Shown piece after piece: positions 1-8,377 of a stretch of DNA of 24,000 nucleotides. The translations under genes and the position numbers were made by a program. This DNA comes from Clostridium neuense (GTDB taxonomy: Bacteria > Bacillota > Clostridia > Clostridiales > Clostridiaceae), in assembly GCF_045310695.1 (NCBI RefSeq), contig NZ_JBJIAA010000002.1, positions 174,363-198,362 of the forward strand, written 5' to 3'. Under the pieces are notes generated by a model. That model saw only the letters and a program-made list of their open reading frames with translations. It was not told the origin of the DNA and did not search any database. Position 1 is the stretch's first letter, and each line of letters begins with the position of its first letter.

Positions 1-57
1 ATTTATCCATCTTAAACAATAGATAAACCCTTTCAACTGCCGAAATTAATTGTTAAT

Positions 58-1014
58 TTATATTTCATCACCACATTGAGATTTTCTTGCTTTTTTATAT
101 AAATCTCCATCTCTTTTAAAAATATTCACCTTTTTTACTCCATCTACAGCACAAACATCTAGTGTTATTCTTCCTTTTCCTACAATTGGATGCCTCAAAA
201 TACGTGCAGCTGCATTTCTATACTTCTCACGTGCTACAGCTAAATATGCAAATTTTTCATCCTCATAAGGTGCTTCTCCCTCTTTTAGTTGACGGTGAAG
301 CTTACTTCTTTGTACCCTACATGTAAAATGGCACCAATCCTCCTTTTCGAGGGGACAACTATTTTCATGTGGACAAGGTGCTACTACATGTGCCCCCTTT
401 GATAGCAAATATTCACGTATCTTCTTTAAATGAGAATATCCTACCGGCGTTCCCGGTTCTATAATTAAAGCTATTTTATTTGCTGCCTTCCAAAGCTTAT
501 CTGCTGCCTTTATTCTTTCGCTGTCATTTAGTTCATTCAATACATAGGATGCAATAACTAAATCAGCTTTTTCTGGAATATCTCCTGCCGTTAAATCATA
601 CTCTACCCACTTTGCATTCTTCAAAATATTTGTTCCTTGTGACATCATTTTTTGTCCGATTTCACGCATTGCACTTTCTCTTTCCAAACACACAACACTA
701 TGTAAATTAACCAGTGAATCTGCAGCCCAAGAAGCTGCTCCCGTTCCGGCTCCAACATCTAGTAAAGATTTTATGTCGCAATCAACTAAGTCCAAAGTAT
801 AATTTAATGCTGAATAAACTGCCCCATAAGTTGCTGGCATTCTTACAACCGAATATGCCACTGCTTCTTTGCTTTCTGTAAGCAGACGTTTACCATGGCC
901 ACTTTCAGTTCTATATTTTTTACTAAGTGTTTTTGCATCCTCCATTAGCTCATTATGTTTAATGCCAACAAGTTGATTTTCCATAGCTAATTTAAGCTCT
1001 ATAGGCAATTCCAT
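58..1014 (-). CDS. Rsm22-family SAM-dependent methyltransferase homolog
   Basis: 318-aa ORF. Contains the SAM-binding motif LLDVGAGTG. The AYSVVRMPATYGA segment and the C-terminal Cys cluster CPHENSCP...WCHFTCR match bacterial Rsm22 (PF09243) homologs as I recall them. RBS GAAAGAGGT lies 8 nt upstream of the ATG at 1014. Confidence 0.75.
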   Translation of the reverse strand: MELPIELKLAMENQLVGIKHNELMEDAKTLSKKYRTESGHGKRLLTESKEAVAYSVVRMPATYGAVYSALNYTLDLVDCDIKSLLDVGAGTGAASWAADSLVNLHSVVCLERESAMREIGQKMMSQGTNILKNAKWVEYDLTAGDIPEKADLVIASYVLNELNDSERIKAADKLWKAANKIALIIEPGTPVGYSHLKKIREYLLSKGAHVVAPCPHENSCPLEKEDWCHFTCRVQRSKLHRQLKEGEAPYEDEKFAYLAVAREKYRNAAARILRHPIVGKGRITLDVCAVDGVKKVNIFKRDGDLYKKARKSQCGDEI

Positions 1015-1255
1015 TTATTTCAACCTCTTTCTTCACATCAATAGTTCATTATTTATAAATTTATATTATATCAAATTTTATAATATAGATATACTGCTTC
1101 TTTAATCCTTTTACAAGCATTTTATAAGATGATATACTTTAAATAAAGACATATAATCGATTCCTATAGCGATACAATATCTTGACAAGATAAGTTAATG
1201 TTTAATTAAGCAGCAAATTTACTAAAAAAATAATTAAATAAGGTTGAGCGCATCT

Positions 1256-2170
1256 ATGAAATATAATACACAAATTAATAAATATTTACAAAAAGCCGAT
1301 GAAGCTTTTGAAACGGATAAAACAATTAAAGCATTAGATTTATATAATAAAGTCTATAAACTTTCAAATGGTGAAAATTTAGAAGCAATAATTAACTTAG
1401 CATTAATATACGACTCTTTGGGAAAATCGCAAAAAGCTAAAGAATACTATGAAGAAGCTTTAAGCATAGATGACTATGAGGAAAGAGCCTACTATGGTTT
1501 AGCTTCAATATATGATGAGGAAGAAAATTACGAAGAGGCTATAAAATTGTACAATAAGGCAATTTATATAAATCCCAATTACCATGTAGCTTACTTTTTC
1601 TTAGCAAACACCTACGACGTATCAGGAAAAAAAGCTTTAGCAATAGAAACCTATAAAAAGCTCTTAAGTCTAAACCCTATGGATTTTTGGGCAAATTTAA
1701 ATCTAGGCTGCATTTACGAAGAACAAAATCAAAATAATTCTGCATATAAGCTATTTTCTAAAGCTTTAAAAATAAATCCAAACAATCATTTAGCCTTGTT
1801 TAATATGGGTGTAATTTGTTATAAGTTTAACATGATAGAAAAAGCCATTAATTTTTACGAAAGAGCAATCGAAAAAGATAAAACTTACGAATACAGTTAC
1901 TTGAATTTAGCTGTAATCTATAAATATAGAGATACAAAGAAAGGTATAGAAGTTTTGTCAAAGGGAATTAATAACTGCAGTGAAGTATACTTTTTATATT
2001 ATAACAGAAGCTGCTTCTATGCTTTAAACAATGAACAAAATAAGGCATGTGAAGATATAATTATGGCGTTAAAATTATATCCCCAGTTTTTAAAATATGT
2101 CCTAGAAGATGAAGAATTAGAGAAAGTAAGAGAATTAGCTTCATTTAAAGAATTTATTACTGGTATTTAG
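1256..2170 (+). CDS. Tetratricopeptide (TPR) repeat protein
   Basis: Repeated ~34-aa A..Y...A/L...P units (for example AIKLYNKAIYINPNYHVAYFFLANTY and AYKLFSKALKINPNNHLALFNMG). The ORF track starts at TTG 1244. The in-frame ATG at 1256 is better placed relative to AAGG at 1240-1243, so I prefer it. Confidence 0.8.
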   Translation: MKYNTQINKYLQKADEAFETDKTIKALDLYNKVYKLSNGENLEAIINLALIYDSLGKSQKAKEYYEEALSIDDYEERAYYGLASIYDEEENYEEAIKLYNKAIYINPNYHVAYFFLANTYDVSGKKALAIETYKKLLSLNPMDFWANLNLGCIYEEQNQNNSAYKLFSKALKINPNNHLALFNMGVICYKFNMIEKAINFYERAIEKDKTYEYSYLNLAVIYKYRDTKKGIEVLSKGINNCSEVYFLYYNRSCFYALNNEQNKACEDIIMALKLYPQFLKYVLEDEELEKVRELASFKEFITGI

Positions 2171-2189
2171 TCTTCAACCACTTCTCACT

Positions 2190-2228
2190 AAAGATAAACC
2201 ATTTCAAGTTTCAAAATGGTTTATCTTT
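2190..2228. terminator. Hairpin between convergent genes, probably a bidirectional terminator
   Basis: AAAGATAAACCATT (2190-2203) is the exact reverse complement of AATGGTTTATCTTT (2215-2228), with an 11-nt loop. It lies between the stop codons at 2170 (+) and 2261 (-). The A/T runs are part of the stem ends rather than a separate U-tract. Confidence 0.5.
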
Positions 2229-2260
2229 AATACAACTTTATAATAATTAAGTTAAATACT

Positions 2261-3358
2261 TTATTTTGTTTTATTAGCAACTTGTACTAAAAAATCTTGA
2301 ACGTTTGTTACAATTGACGTAACTTCAATGCTTCCTCTGTCTCTAAGTTTGTTAGCAGCAAATTCAGAAACATCTACATTGTATATGAACACAGGCCTCA
2401 CATCCCCTTTATCTACTTTATAAATAGGTGTCATATTTCCAGTTGCAATTGTATGGAGCATTGTAGCAAGGCATATTACAGTAGTTGCTTTTCTGCAGTG
2501 ATATCTCATTGCATCCTGAGCAGCATACACATCTGAAATAACTTCTGGCAATGGTCCATCATCCCTTATAGAACCTGCAAGAACTAATGGTATATTATTT
2601 CTAACGCAAGCAGAAACCACGCCCTTATCAATACCTTCCTCATAAACAAAATTTTTAATGGAGCCAGCTTTTCTAACCTTATTAATTACATCTATATGAT
2701 GATAATGTCCATTATAATTACAAACCTGAGTATATATATCTTGTCCAAGTGCAGTACCAAGATAGGAGCCCTCAAGATCATGCGTTGCTAAGGCATTTCC
2801 TGCAAAAATAGCATTTACAAACCCTCCATCTATTAACTTTTGCATTGCCATCTTCGAATCATAATCAAAAACAACTGCTGGTCCTAAAACCCATACAATG
2901 TATCCATTATTTTCTTTTTCATATTTCAATAATTCGTACAGCTTATTATATGCCCTAGAAAAAGTACTTTCTCTAGATTGTCCTGTCCTAAATGCAAATT
3001 TTTGATTATCTGATTTTTCTTCCTCATCAACGTAAAAGGGATTTATATTTAAGTATATTCCTTCGCTGCCATCTTCACTTCTACCTAAAATCACTTTGTC
3101 ACCCACATTTAAATTTCTAAATTCCTTAACCTCAAGTGCCTTCTCATCTTTTAAAACTACAACACAATCCATACGACTTTCTGATGTTAATATCCATTCA
3201 CCATTAATTTTAAAATATTCAGGATATATTGAGGTAGCATGATAATTATCGGGAGCAGTTCCCTTTATAGTTACATCTTCTGTTTTTACATCCGGAGCAT
3301 TTAAAAAAAATTCTTTTGAAAAATCCGGACAATTATACTTTGGCATTATGAAATCCAT
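2261..3358 (-). CDS. TIGR00300 / LOR-SDH conserved-domain family protein (ornithine cyclodeaminase / ArgZ C-domain-like) with a divergent N-terminal domain
   Basis: 365-aa ORF. The C-terminal ~210 aa carry GPAVVFD...FAGNALATHDLE...LGTALG...GHYHHI...LAGSIRDDGPLPEVISDVYAAQDAMR...MLHTIATGNM. As I recall it, this is the signature of the TIGR00300 family. RBS GGAGGTG lies 4 nt upstream of the ATG at 3358. Confidence 0.6.
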   Translation of the reverse strand: MDFIMPKYNCPDFSKEFFLNAPDVKTEDVTIKGTAPDNYHATSIYPEYFKINGEWILTSESRMDCVVVLKDEKALEVKEFRNLNVGDKVILGRSEDGSEGIYLNINPFYVDEEEKSDNQKFAFRTGQSRESTFSRAYNKLYELLKYEKENNGYIVWVLGPAVVFDYDSKMAMQKLIDGGFVNAIFAGNALATHDLEGSYLGTALGQDIYTQVCNYNGHYHHIDVINKVRKAGSIKNFVYEEGIDKGVVSACVRNNIPLVLAGSIRDDGPLPEVISDVYAAQDAMRYHCRKATTVICLATMLHTIATGNMTPIYKVDKGDVRPVFIYNVDVSEFAANKLRDRGSIEVTSIVTNVQDFLVQVANKTK

Positions 3359-3667
3359 AAAGCACCTCCAAAATTTATCTCACGATACGCTAACTATTAA
3401 TTTATTATTATTTCGTCTTAAAAATAATTTATTTTACATGCATATCTATATTTAAGTATAATTATATCATTAATTCAGCACTTTTAATACACTTTTAATT
3501 TCATAATTTAAATACAAATAAAATCAAAAACATATATAAAAACGGTTTATCTATAACCTAAAAAATCTGCAACAATGATTTACCTAGTACATACTATGAA
3601 TATATGGGTAAACTTTTATAAAATAAATTTTAGTTTATCTTTATCAATATATATAAGAGAGGTAAAT

Positions 3668-4591
3668 ATGCTATCAAATGAACAATATGTAAGACTTTCA
3701 CTTGAACTAAATTTGTTCTTTTTGAGAATTGTAAAAGAACATAACGTTATTGCTGGAGCATCCCTTCCACCTAAGTATGCTCCTACTTTAATGCAGATTA
3801 TCGCAGTAAACAAAAAGTTAGATATGCTGCTTTCTAAAACAGTAACTTTATCTCAAGGAAAGATAAGTAAAGAAGTTATGAATTCCTCTACCCTTATAAC
3901 TCCCTTCACCTTGTCTGCAGAAAAGACCACCAGCTCTTTAACAGGTGTTCCCATTAATACTGCTATAACTGCAAGAGAAATAAATTTAGGCTATAGAAGC
4001 TACTACAGAGAACTTTTCAATATTACAACCTCCGTTTCTGCACTAAATAAAGCTATACTTACACTCGTAAATTTCGTTATAAACTTTCAGACAGGGCTTC
4101 TTAACAAGATTCTATCTTGCAAAGCTTTTAGCTATACCTATCCTTCAAATATTGAGCATGTAATAAGGGAAGCACGTGCATATGTCAACATGCTTACTAT
4201 GCTTGAAAAAAGACAGGAACAAGATACTACTCCTCAAAGCATCATAAAACAGGAAGCCTTCTGGAATGATATAATGAAAGAACACGCTGAATTTATAAGA
4301 GGTTACCTAGATCCAGATGAAACTGCTTTATTTAACACAGCAAACAGCTTTGTTCAAAGGTTTAACAATATTGGACCTTCTACTAATGCTCGTCAAAATA
4401 ATCCCGATAATCTTGAGGATATAACTAAACAAATTTATGCCTTAGTTACTGAATTAAGAAACTTTAAGAGCAAGGCTACAGAAGGTTTATTATCCTGCAA
4501 GATTAAGGCAATAATGGCTCCTCTCCTTGCAGATCACGTAACAAGAGAAGCAAACTATTACCTAAGTCTTTTGCGCAGTTTTACTTCATAG
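3668..4591 (+). CDS. DUF2935 domain protein (Firmicutes-restricted, unknown function)
   Basis: The N-terminus MLSNEQYVRLSLELNLFFLRIVKEH and a second ...FWNDIMKEHAEFIRGYLDP repeat fit the two-repeat DUF2935 (PF11155) pattern. The track ORF starts at 3575, but the ATG at 3668 follows AGAGAGG and gives the family-typical N-terminus. Confidence 0.7.
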   Translation: MLSNEQYVRLSLELNLFFLRIVKEHNVIAGASLPPKYAPTLMQIIAVNKKLDMLLSKTVTLSQGKISKEVMNSSTLITPFTLSAEKTTSSLTGVPINTAITAREINLGYRSYYRELFNITTSVSALNKAILTLVNFVINFQTGLLNKILSCKAFSYTYPSNIEHVIREARAYVNMLTMLEKRQEQDTTPQSIIKQEAFWNDIMKEHAEFIRGYLDPDETALFNTANSFVQRFNNIGPSTNARQNNPDNLEDITKQIYALVTELRNFKSKATEGLLSCKIKAIMAPLLADHVTREANYYLSLLRSFTS

Positions 4592-4670
4592 CTTAAAACT
4601 TATAGAGGTATTAATCAAAATTAAAAAATTACAATCCACAAATTTACACTTGCAAACTTTTGATTAGTAC

Positions 4671-4697
4671 ACTTATAGGTAAACAACCTATAAGTTT
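4671..4697 (+). terminator. Possible intrinsic terminator of the DUF2935 gene
   Basis: ACTTATAGG (4671-4679) pairs with CCTATAAGT (4687-4695), with a 7-nt loop, followed by TTT. The stem is AT-rich and the U-tract is short. Confidence 0.4.
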
Positions 4698-4755
4698 CAA
4701 AATGGTAATGCCAAGTTTACCCTAGAAAATTAATATTTTACTTAGAGTACAGAGT

Positions 4756-4935
4756 ACAATTGACAGATTACAGTGAAGGATGATTTTTCTTTGCTATTGC
4801 TTTGAAAAATCTAAAACTTAATGCTCGCGCATGGCTTAAAGTATAATATTCAGCGCAGCTGATACTAAATAAGTTCTAAAATTTACCTAAGAGAAACGAA
4901 AGGTAAATTTACCTTCACCGTGCTCTGTCAATTGT
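4756..4935. repeat. Long imperfect palindrome / rod-like hairpin element (candidate structured RNA or MITE-like element)
   Basis: 4756-4779 ACAATTGACAGATTACAGTGAAGG pairs with 4912-4935 CCTTCACCGTGCTCTGTCAATTGT: 21 Watson-Crick pairs, 1 G.U and 2 mismatches over 24 positions. In-register pairing blocks continue inward. A GC-rich apical hairpin sits at 4823-4830/4853-4859. No ORF of 60 aa or more lies in the 474-bp gap. Confidence 0.6.
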
Positions 4936-5065
4936 CCATTGTCAACTGATATATGTTCATATAACCAACATGTTCCAAAATAGAATTCAGCTAATTTTAA
5001 TATTCCAAGTTTTTTATCTATATATAGTTAATCTAGTTTTACTCTATATTATGGAAATATTATTG

Positions 5066-5692
5066 TTATGCCTTTTTTATTGTGCACATACCGTTTTCTT
5101 CTCTAGAGTACATGTATCCTGTGCTGCTTGAACCCAAAAAACCATTAATCCAAGAATCTACAAAATAATTAAAGTTATCAACATCTCCTTGAACTTCATC
5201 CCAGTAACCTTTATGGATATCCGTTGTAGTTTTCCATACAATTGCAGTTTCACTGTTTTCAATTATTTCATTTACATGATCGCATGGCATTCCTTCAAGC
5301 ATATAATCGAAAACTAAGTTAAATAACTCTTCCGGTGTACCTTCACTTATTTTAAGTTCCTTCATTGTATTTGCTCCATTTTCATAAAATATATCAGCAA
5401 TATCCTTTTTTGCGACAATATTATTATTTAATAATTCAGTTATAATGTACGCTAATCTACTTTCTACACTTGTTATCCTCTCTTGAAGCCATCCATGAAT
5501 ATTATGATGCTCTATATTACTTTCAAGTGGGCCTTTTACAGGTAATCCATACTTTAAATAACTCTCCTTTAGTAGACTCTCGTTACTATGCCCCTTTTTT
5601 TCCGCAAATTCCATTATATCTTCTATTAATTTCTCATGTAACTGAATTTTATTGTATAACCAGTAGTGAATTTTTCCTAAAAATGCACTCAT
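5066..5692 (-). CDS. Hypothetical protein (208 aa), no family recognised
   Basis: Clean ORF with a strong RBS (AAGGAGG, 8 nt upstream of the ATG at 5692). No signal peptide or TM segment is evident. I could assign no motif. Confidence 0.6.
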   Translation of the reverse strand: MSAFLGKIHYWLYNKIQLHEKLIEDIMEFAEKKGHSNESLLKESYLKYGLPVKGPLESNIEHHNIHGWLQERITSVESRLAYIITELLNNNIVAKKDIADIFYENGANTMKELKISEGTPEELFNLVFDYMLEGMPCDHVNEIIENSETAIVWKTTTDIHKGYWDEVQGDVDNFNYFVDSWINGFLGSSSTGYMYSREENGMCTIKKA

Positions 5693-5971
5693 TTAATTAA
5701 CCTCCTTGATTAATTTAAAAAACTTTTATTAAAGCTATTACTCAGTTATATGATTAACTTTTTTTTCATTCAGTATCCTTAGTTACGAAAATAAACTATT
5801 TTTATATTTTAAATAAGCATTATTTTATATTAATATAAACTTATTAACATAAATAATTATATAATTGTAAGTATATAAGCCAATTTATGTTAATTAAATC
5901 GTTTTTTTTAAAACAAAATTTTTGATTGTTTTATTTTTTATTAAATTAATCAACCCTTTACAAAGAATCTA

Positions 5972-5980
5972 TGATATAAT
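5972..5980 (+). promoter_or_regulatory. Extended -10 promoter element (TGaTATAAT) for the ArsR-like regulator gene
   Basis: TGATATAAT at 5972-5980, about 80 nt upstream of the ATG at 6061. TTTACA at 5957-5962 is only 12 nt upstream, too close to act as a canonical -35. Confidence 0.4.
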
Positions 5981-6060
5981 AATTACAAAAATATGTATTT
6001 AACAGAATCTATAATAAAGCTGTTCTCAATATAATATATGTATGGTTAGGAGAATAAACA

Positions 6061-6984
6061 ATGATACACATTACTAATTTAAGTGAAAGTTTACCACTAT
6101 TTAAGGCTTTAAGTTCAGATATTAGAATTCAAATACTCCAACTATTAAGCGAACAAAAACAACTTAATATGAATGATTTAGCTGATAAATTAAATTTAAC
6201 CAATGGTGCAATTACAATGCACATAAAAAAGTTAGAAGAGTGCGGTCTTATTAAAATCACTACTCTTACCGCAAAACACGGAATACAAAAAATTTGTAAT
6301 CTTCATGAAGACAAATTTGTAATTGATATAGGAAAGTCTGAAGTTGAAAATTCATATGAGCTTGAAATAGGTATAGGACAATATTCAGCTTACGAAATTT
6401 ATCCAACCTGCGGACTTGCAACAAAGGATAAAATAATTGGAGAAGTTGATAATCCAAGTTATTTTGCAGATCCAGAAAGAATAAACAGTGATATTCTTTG
6501 GTTTACTAAGGGTTTTATTGAATATAGAATACCAAATTACCTAAAACCAAACCAAAAGTTTTCAGAAATTCAAATTTCCGCAGAAATAAGTTCTGAAGCT
6601 CCAGGAAATTGTAATATATGGCCCTCAGATATTCATTTTGCTTTGAATGACATACATTTAGGAAGTTGGGTTAGCCCAGGAGACTATGCAGATACTAAAG
6701 GTATTCTAACCCCTTCTTGGTGGTTCTCTAATTGGAATCAATATGGTCTTTTAAAATTACTTTCCATTAATAAATTTGGTACTTTTATTGACGGATTAAA
6801 AATTTCTGATGTAACTATAGATGATATAGACTTAAACTTCAAGAGTGATTTAAAATTTAAATTTTCTGTTCCTGAGAATACAAGTCATGTTGGAGGTTTA
6901 ACAATTTTTGGAGCCAACTTTGGTAATTACAATCAAGGTATAAATGTCAGAATAATTTATGAGGAAAATAATCCCATTAAATGA
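6061..6984 (+). CDS. ArsR-family winged-HTH transcriptional regulator with a ~210-aa uncharacterised C-terminal domain
   Basis: The N-terminal ~90 aa (LFKALSSDIRIQILQLLSEQKQLNMNDLADKLNLTNGAITMHIKKLEECGLIK) form a typical ArsR/SmtB HTH. I could not assign the remaining ~210 aa to any family. RBS AGGAGA lies 7 nt upstream of the ATG. Confidence 0.75.
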   Translation: MIHITNLSESLPLFKALSSDIRIQILQLLSEQKQLNMNDLADKLNLTNGAITMHIKKLEECGLIKITTLTAKHGIQKICNLHEDKFVIDIGKSEVENSYELEIGIGQYSAYEIYPTCGLATKDKIIGEVDNPSYFADPERINSDILWFTKGFIEYRIPNYLKPNQKFSEIQISAEISSEAPGNCNIWPSDIHFALNDIHLGSWVSPGDYADTKGILTPSWWFSNWNQYGLLKLLSINKFGTFIDGLKISDVTIDDIDLNFKSDLKFKFSVPENTSHVGGLTIFGANFGNYNQGINVRIIYEENNPIK

Positions 6985-7120
6985 TGATAATTATTTGAAT
7001 CCTGGCAGATTTATAACCTCAACAAGTAATATAAGTCTCCTTTGGAGCTAGTGTAAGCTGTTTACTTATTCTGATTAATAAAATGCCTTCATAAAAATTG
7101 AAAATACGTTTTAAATAAAT

Positions 7121-7151
7121 AAAAGAGGGCTTATAAGCCCTCTCTTATTTT
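7121..7151. terminator. Bidirectional intrinsic terminator between the ArsR-like gene and the GH43 gene
   Basis: AAAAGAGGGCTTATAAGCCCTCTCTTATTTT. A GC-rich stem AGAGGGC/GCCCTCT is flanked by an A-run upstream and a T-run downstream, so it should work on both strands. Confidence 0.7.
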
Positions 7152-7192
7152 ATATTCAAATTCTTTTCATAGTAGCTAGACTCTACTTTATT

Positions 7193-8149
7193 TTAGTCCG
7201 CTACAGGTATTCCAAAGTCTGGTGTTCCATCAGCTTTCCAATTTATCTTCTGAGCTCTTGCATGACGATTAGGATCATCAAGCGGATCCCCTTCTGTTTC
7301 CTTATAGTTCCTAGCATGATAAATTAAAATGTCTTCCTTGCCATCCTCCGAAACAGTAAAGCTATTATGTCCTGGACCATATTGACCATTTTCGTAACTT
7401 GTAGTAAATACAGGAACCTTTGATTTTGTCCAAGATTTGGGGTTTAATAAATCACTGGTTTCATCAGCAGTTAACATTCCCATACAATAATTATAGTCTG
7501 TAGCACTTGCAGAATAAGTAATGAATATCTTTCCATTTTTCTTAAGAACTGCTGGTCCCTCATTGACCAAAAACCCTACGCATTCCCATGGATATTTCGG
7601 TTTTGATAACATAATTTGCTTTCCTTTAATTGTCCATGGATTGCTTAATTCTGCAATATACAGATTAGAATTGCCTTTAATATTGGGATCTTTTTGAGGC
7701 CAAACCAAATATCTAACTCCGTTATTTTCAAAAGTTGTAGCATCTAAAGAAAATGATTCCCAATTAGTTTTAAGTTGTCCTTTTTCAATCCACTCACCTT
7801 CTAAAGGATTGTTAGATGTATTTTCAAGCACATAAATTCTGTGATCAAACATTTTGCCCCTAACGTCACTAACCTTTGCGGCTGCAAAATATATATACCA
7901 TTTACCACCTATAAAATGTATTTCAGGTGCCCAAATATATGCGCTCATTTCACCTTCATCATGTTTCTTCCAAATCACAATTGGTTTACTTAAACCTAAA
8001 CCTTCAATAGTTTTAGATTTCCTTATTTGAATTCTATCATACGCTGGATAAGATGCTGTAAAATAGTAGTAACCATCACTATGCTTGTATACGAACGGAT
8101 CCGCTGCCTGCCTCACAATCGGATTTTTATAATTATAATTTTCTAGCAT
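7193..8149 (-). CDS. Glycoside hydrolase family 43 (alpha-L-arabinofuranosidase-type), cytoplasmic
   Basis: 318 aa. AADPFVYKHSDGYYYFTAS, IWAPEIHFIGGKWYIYFAA, SLDATTF, VNEGPAVLKKNGKIFITYSAS and GPGHNSF are five-bladed beta-propeller GH43 blocks carrying the catalytic Asp/Asp/Glu. No signal peptide. Confidence 0.85.
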   Translation of the reverse strand: MLENYNYKNPIVRQAADPFVYKHSDGYYYFTASYPAYDRIQIRKSKTIEGLGLSKPIVIWKKHDEGEMSAYIWAPEIHFIGGKWYIYFAAAKVSDVRGKMFDHRIYVLENTSNNPLEGEWIEKGQLKTNWESFSLDATTFENNGVRYLVWPQKDPNIKGNSNLYIAELSNPWTIKGKQIMLSKPKYPWECVGFLVNEGPAVLKKNGKIFITYSASATDYNYCMGMLTADETSDLLNPKSWTKSKVPVFTTSYENGQYGPGHNSFTVSEDGKEDILIYHARNYKETEGDPLDDPNRHARAQKINWKADGTPDFGIPVAD

Positions 8150-8363
8150 GTTACTCTCCCCTTTCTATTAACATTTACGATAACATTTTATTTGCTTATT
8201 TTAATCTTATTATTGACTCAGGATTAACGTTATATTTAAAAACTAACGACAATCCTTTGATTTTTTAACACCTATTACAATATTGTCCTATAAATTATTG
8301 TTTAGTTTAATAAAAATTGAATTATTTTATATTTATCTAAATCATTATATATACATTATAATT

Positions 8364-8377
8364 AGTATACGTTTTCA
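8364..8377. promoter_or_regulatory. cre-like (CcpA) site upstream of the GH43 gene
   Basis: The reverse complement TGAAAACGTATACT matches the remembered cre consensus TGWAANCGNTNWCA at 12 of 14 positions. It also contains an AraR-like half core (GTATACG). Confidence 0.3.

Noticed and set aside
2206-2220. The 15-nt string AAGTTTCAAAATGGT occurs identically at 2206-2220 and 4692-4706, both beside hairpins at the ends of plus-strand genes.
   Set aside because: With this base composition I estimate that a few exact 15-mer repeats are expected by chance in 24 kb. The flanks are unrelated, so I do not treat it as a repeat family.
3575-3667. 31-codon N-terminal extension of the DUF2935 ORF (track start at 3575).
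   Set aside because: It has no RBS, and the extension (MIYLVHTMNIWVNFYKINFSLSLSIYIREVN) looks like translated AT-rich promoter DNA. The internal ATG at 3668 has an RBS and yields the family-typical N-terminus.
3616-3813. Antisense and alternative-frame ORFs of 60-116 aa from the ORF track: 3616-3813, 5470-5700, 6266-6457, 9120-9302, 11678-11872, 14029-14289, 14922-15140, 14965-15201, 16689-16907, 17228-17497, 17464-17658, 18268-18618, 19828-20112, 19877-20065 and 21736-21978.
   Set aside because: Each lies wholly or largely inside a longer ORF that has clear family signatures, or overlaps that gene's end or flank. All lack a ribosome-binding site and have low-complexity, Ile/Phe/Cys/Ser-rich translations typical of shadow frames in AT-rich DNA.
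4612-4666. 9-bp inverted repeat TAATCAAAA / TTTTGATTA with a 37-nt loop downstream of the DUF2935 gene.
   Set aside because: It is almost entirely A/T, short and has a long loop. It is expected by chance in this composition.
4783-4863. Two 13-codon ORFs inside the palindromic element (MIFLCYCFEKSKT* and MLAHGLKYNIQRS*).
   Set aside because: They have no properly spaced RBS; GAAGG abuts the first ATG directly. They are too short to evaluate and probably incidental.
4887-5027. 46-codon open frame on the minus strand (LYIDKKLGILKLAEFYFGTCWLYEHISVDNGQLTEHGEGKFTFRFS*) that runs through the right arm of the 4756-4935 palindrome.
   Set aside because: It has no ATG, GTG or TTG start near its 5' end and no RBS. 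The protein-like QLTEHGEG part is simply the palindrome arm; the left arm reads QLTDYSEG on the other strand. At most it is a gene relic, not an intact CDS.
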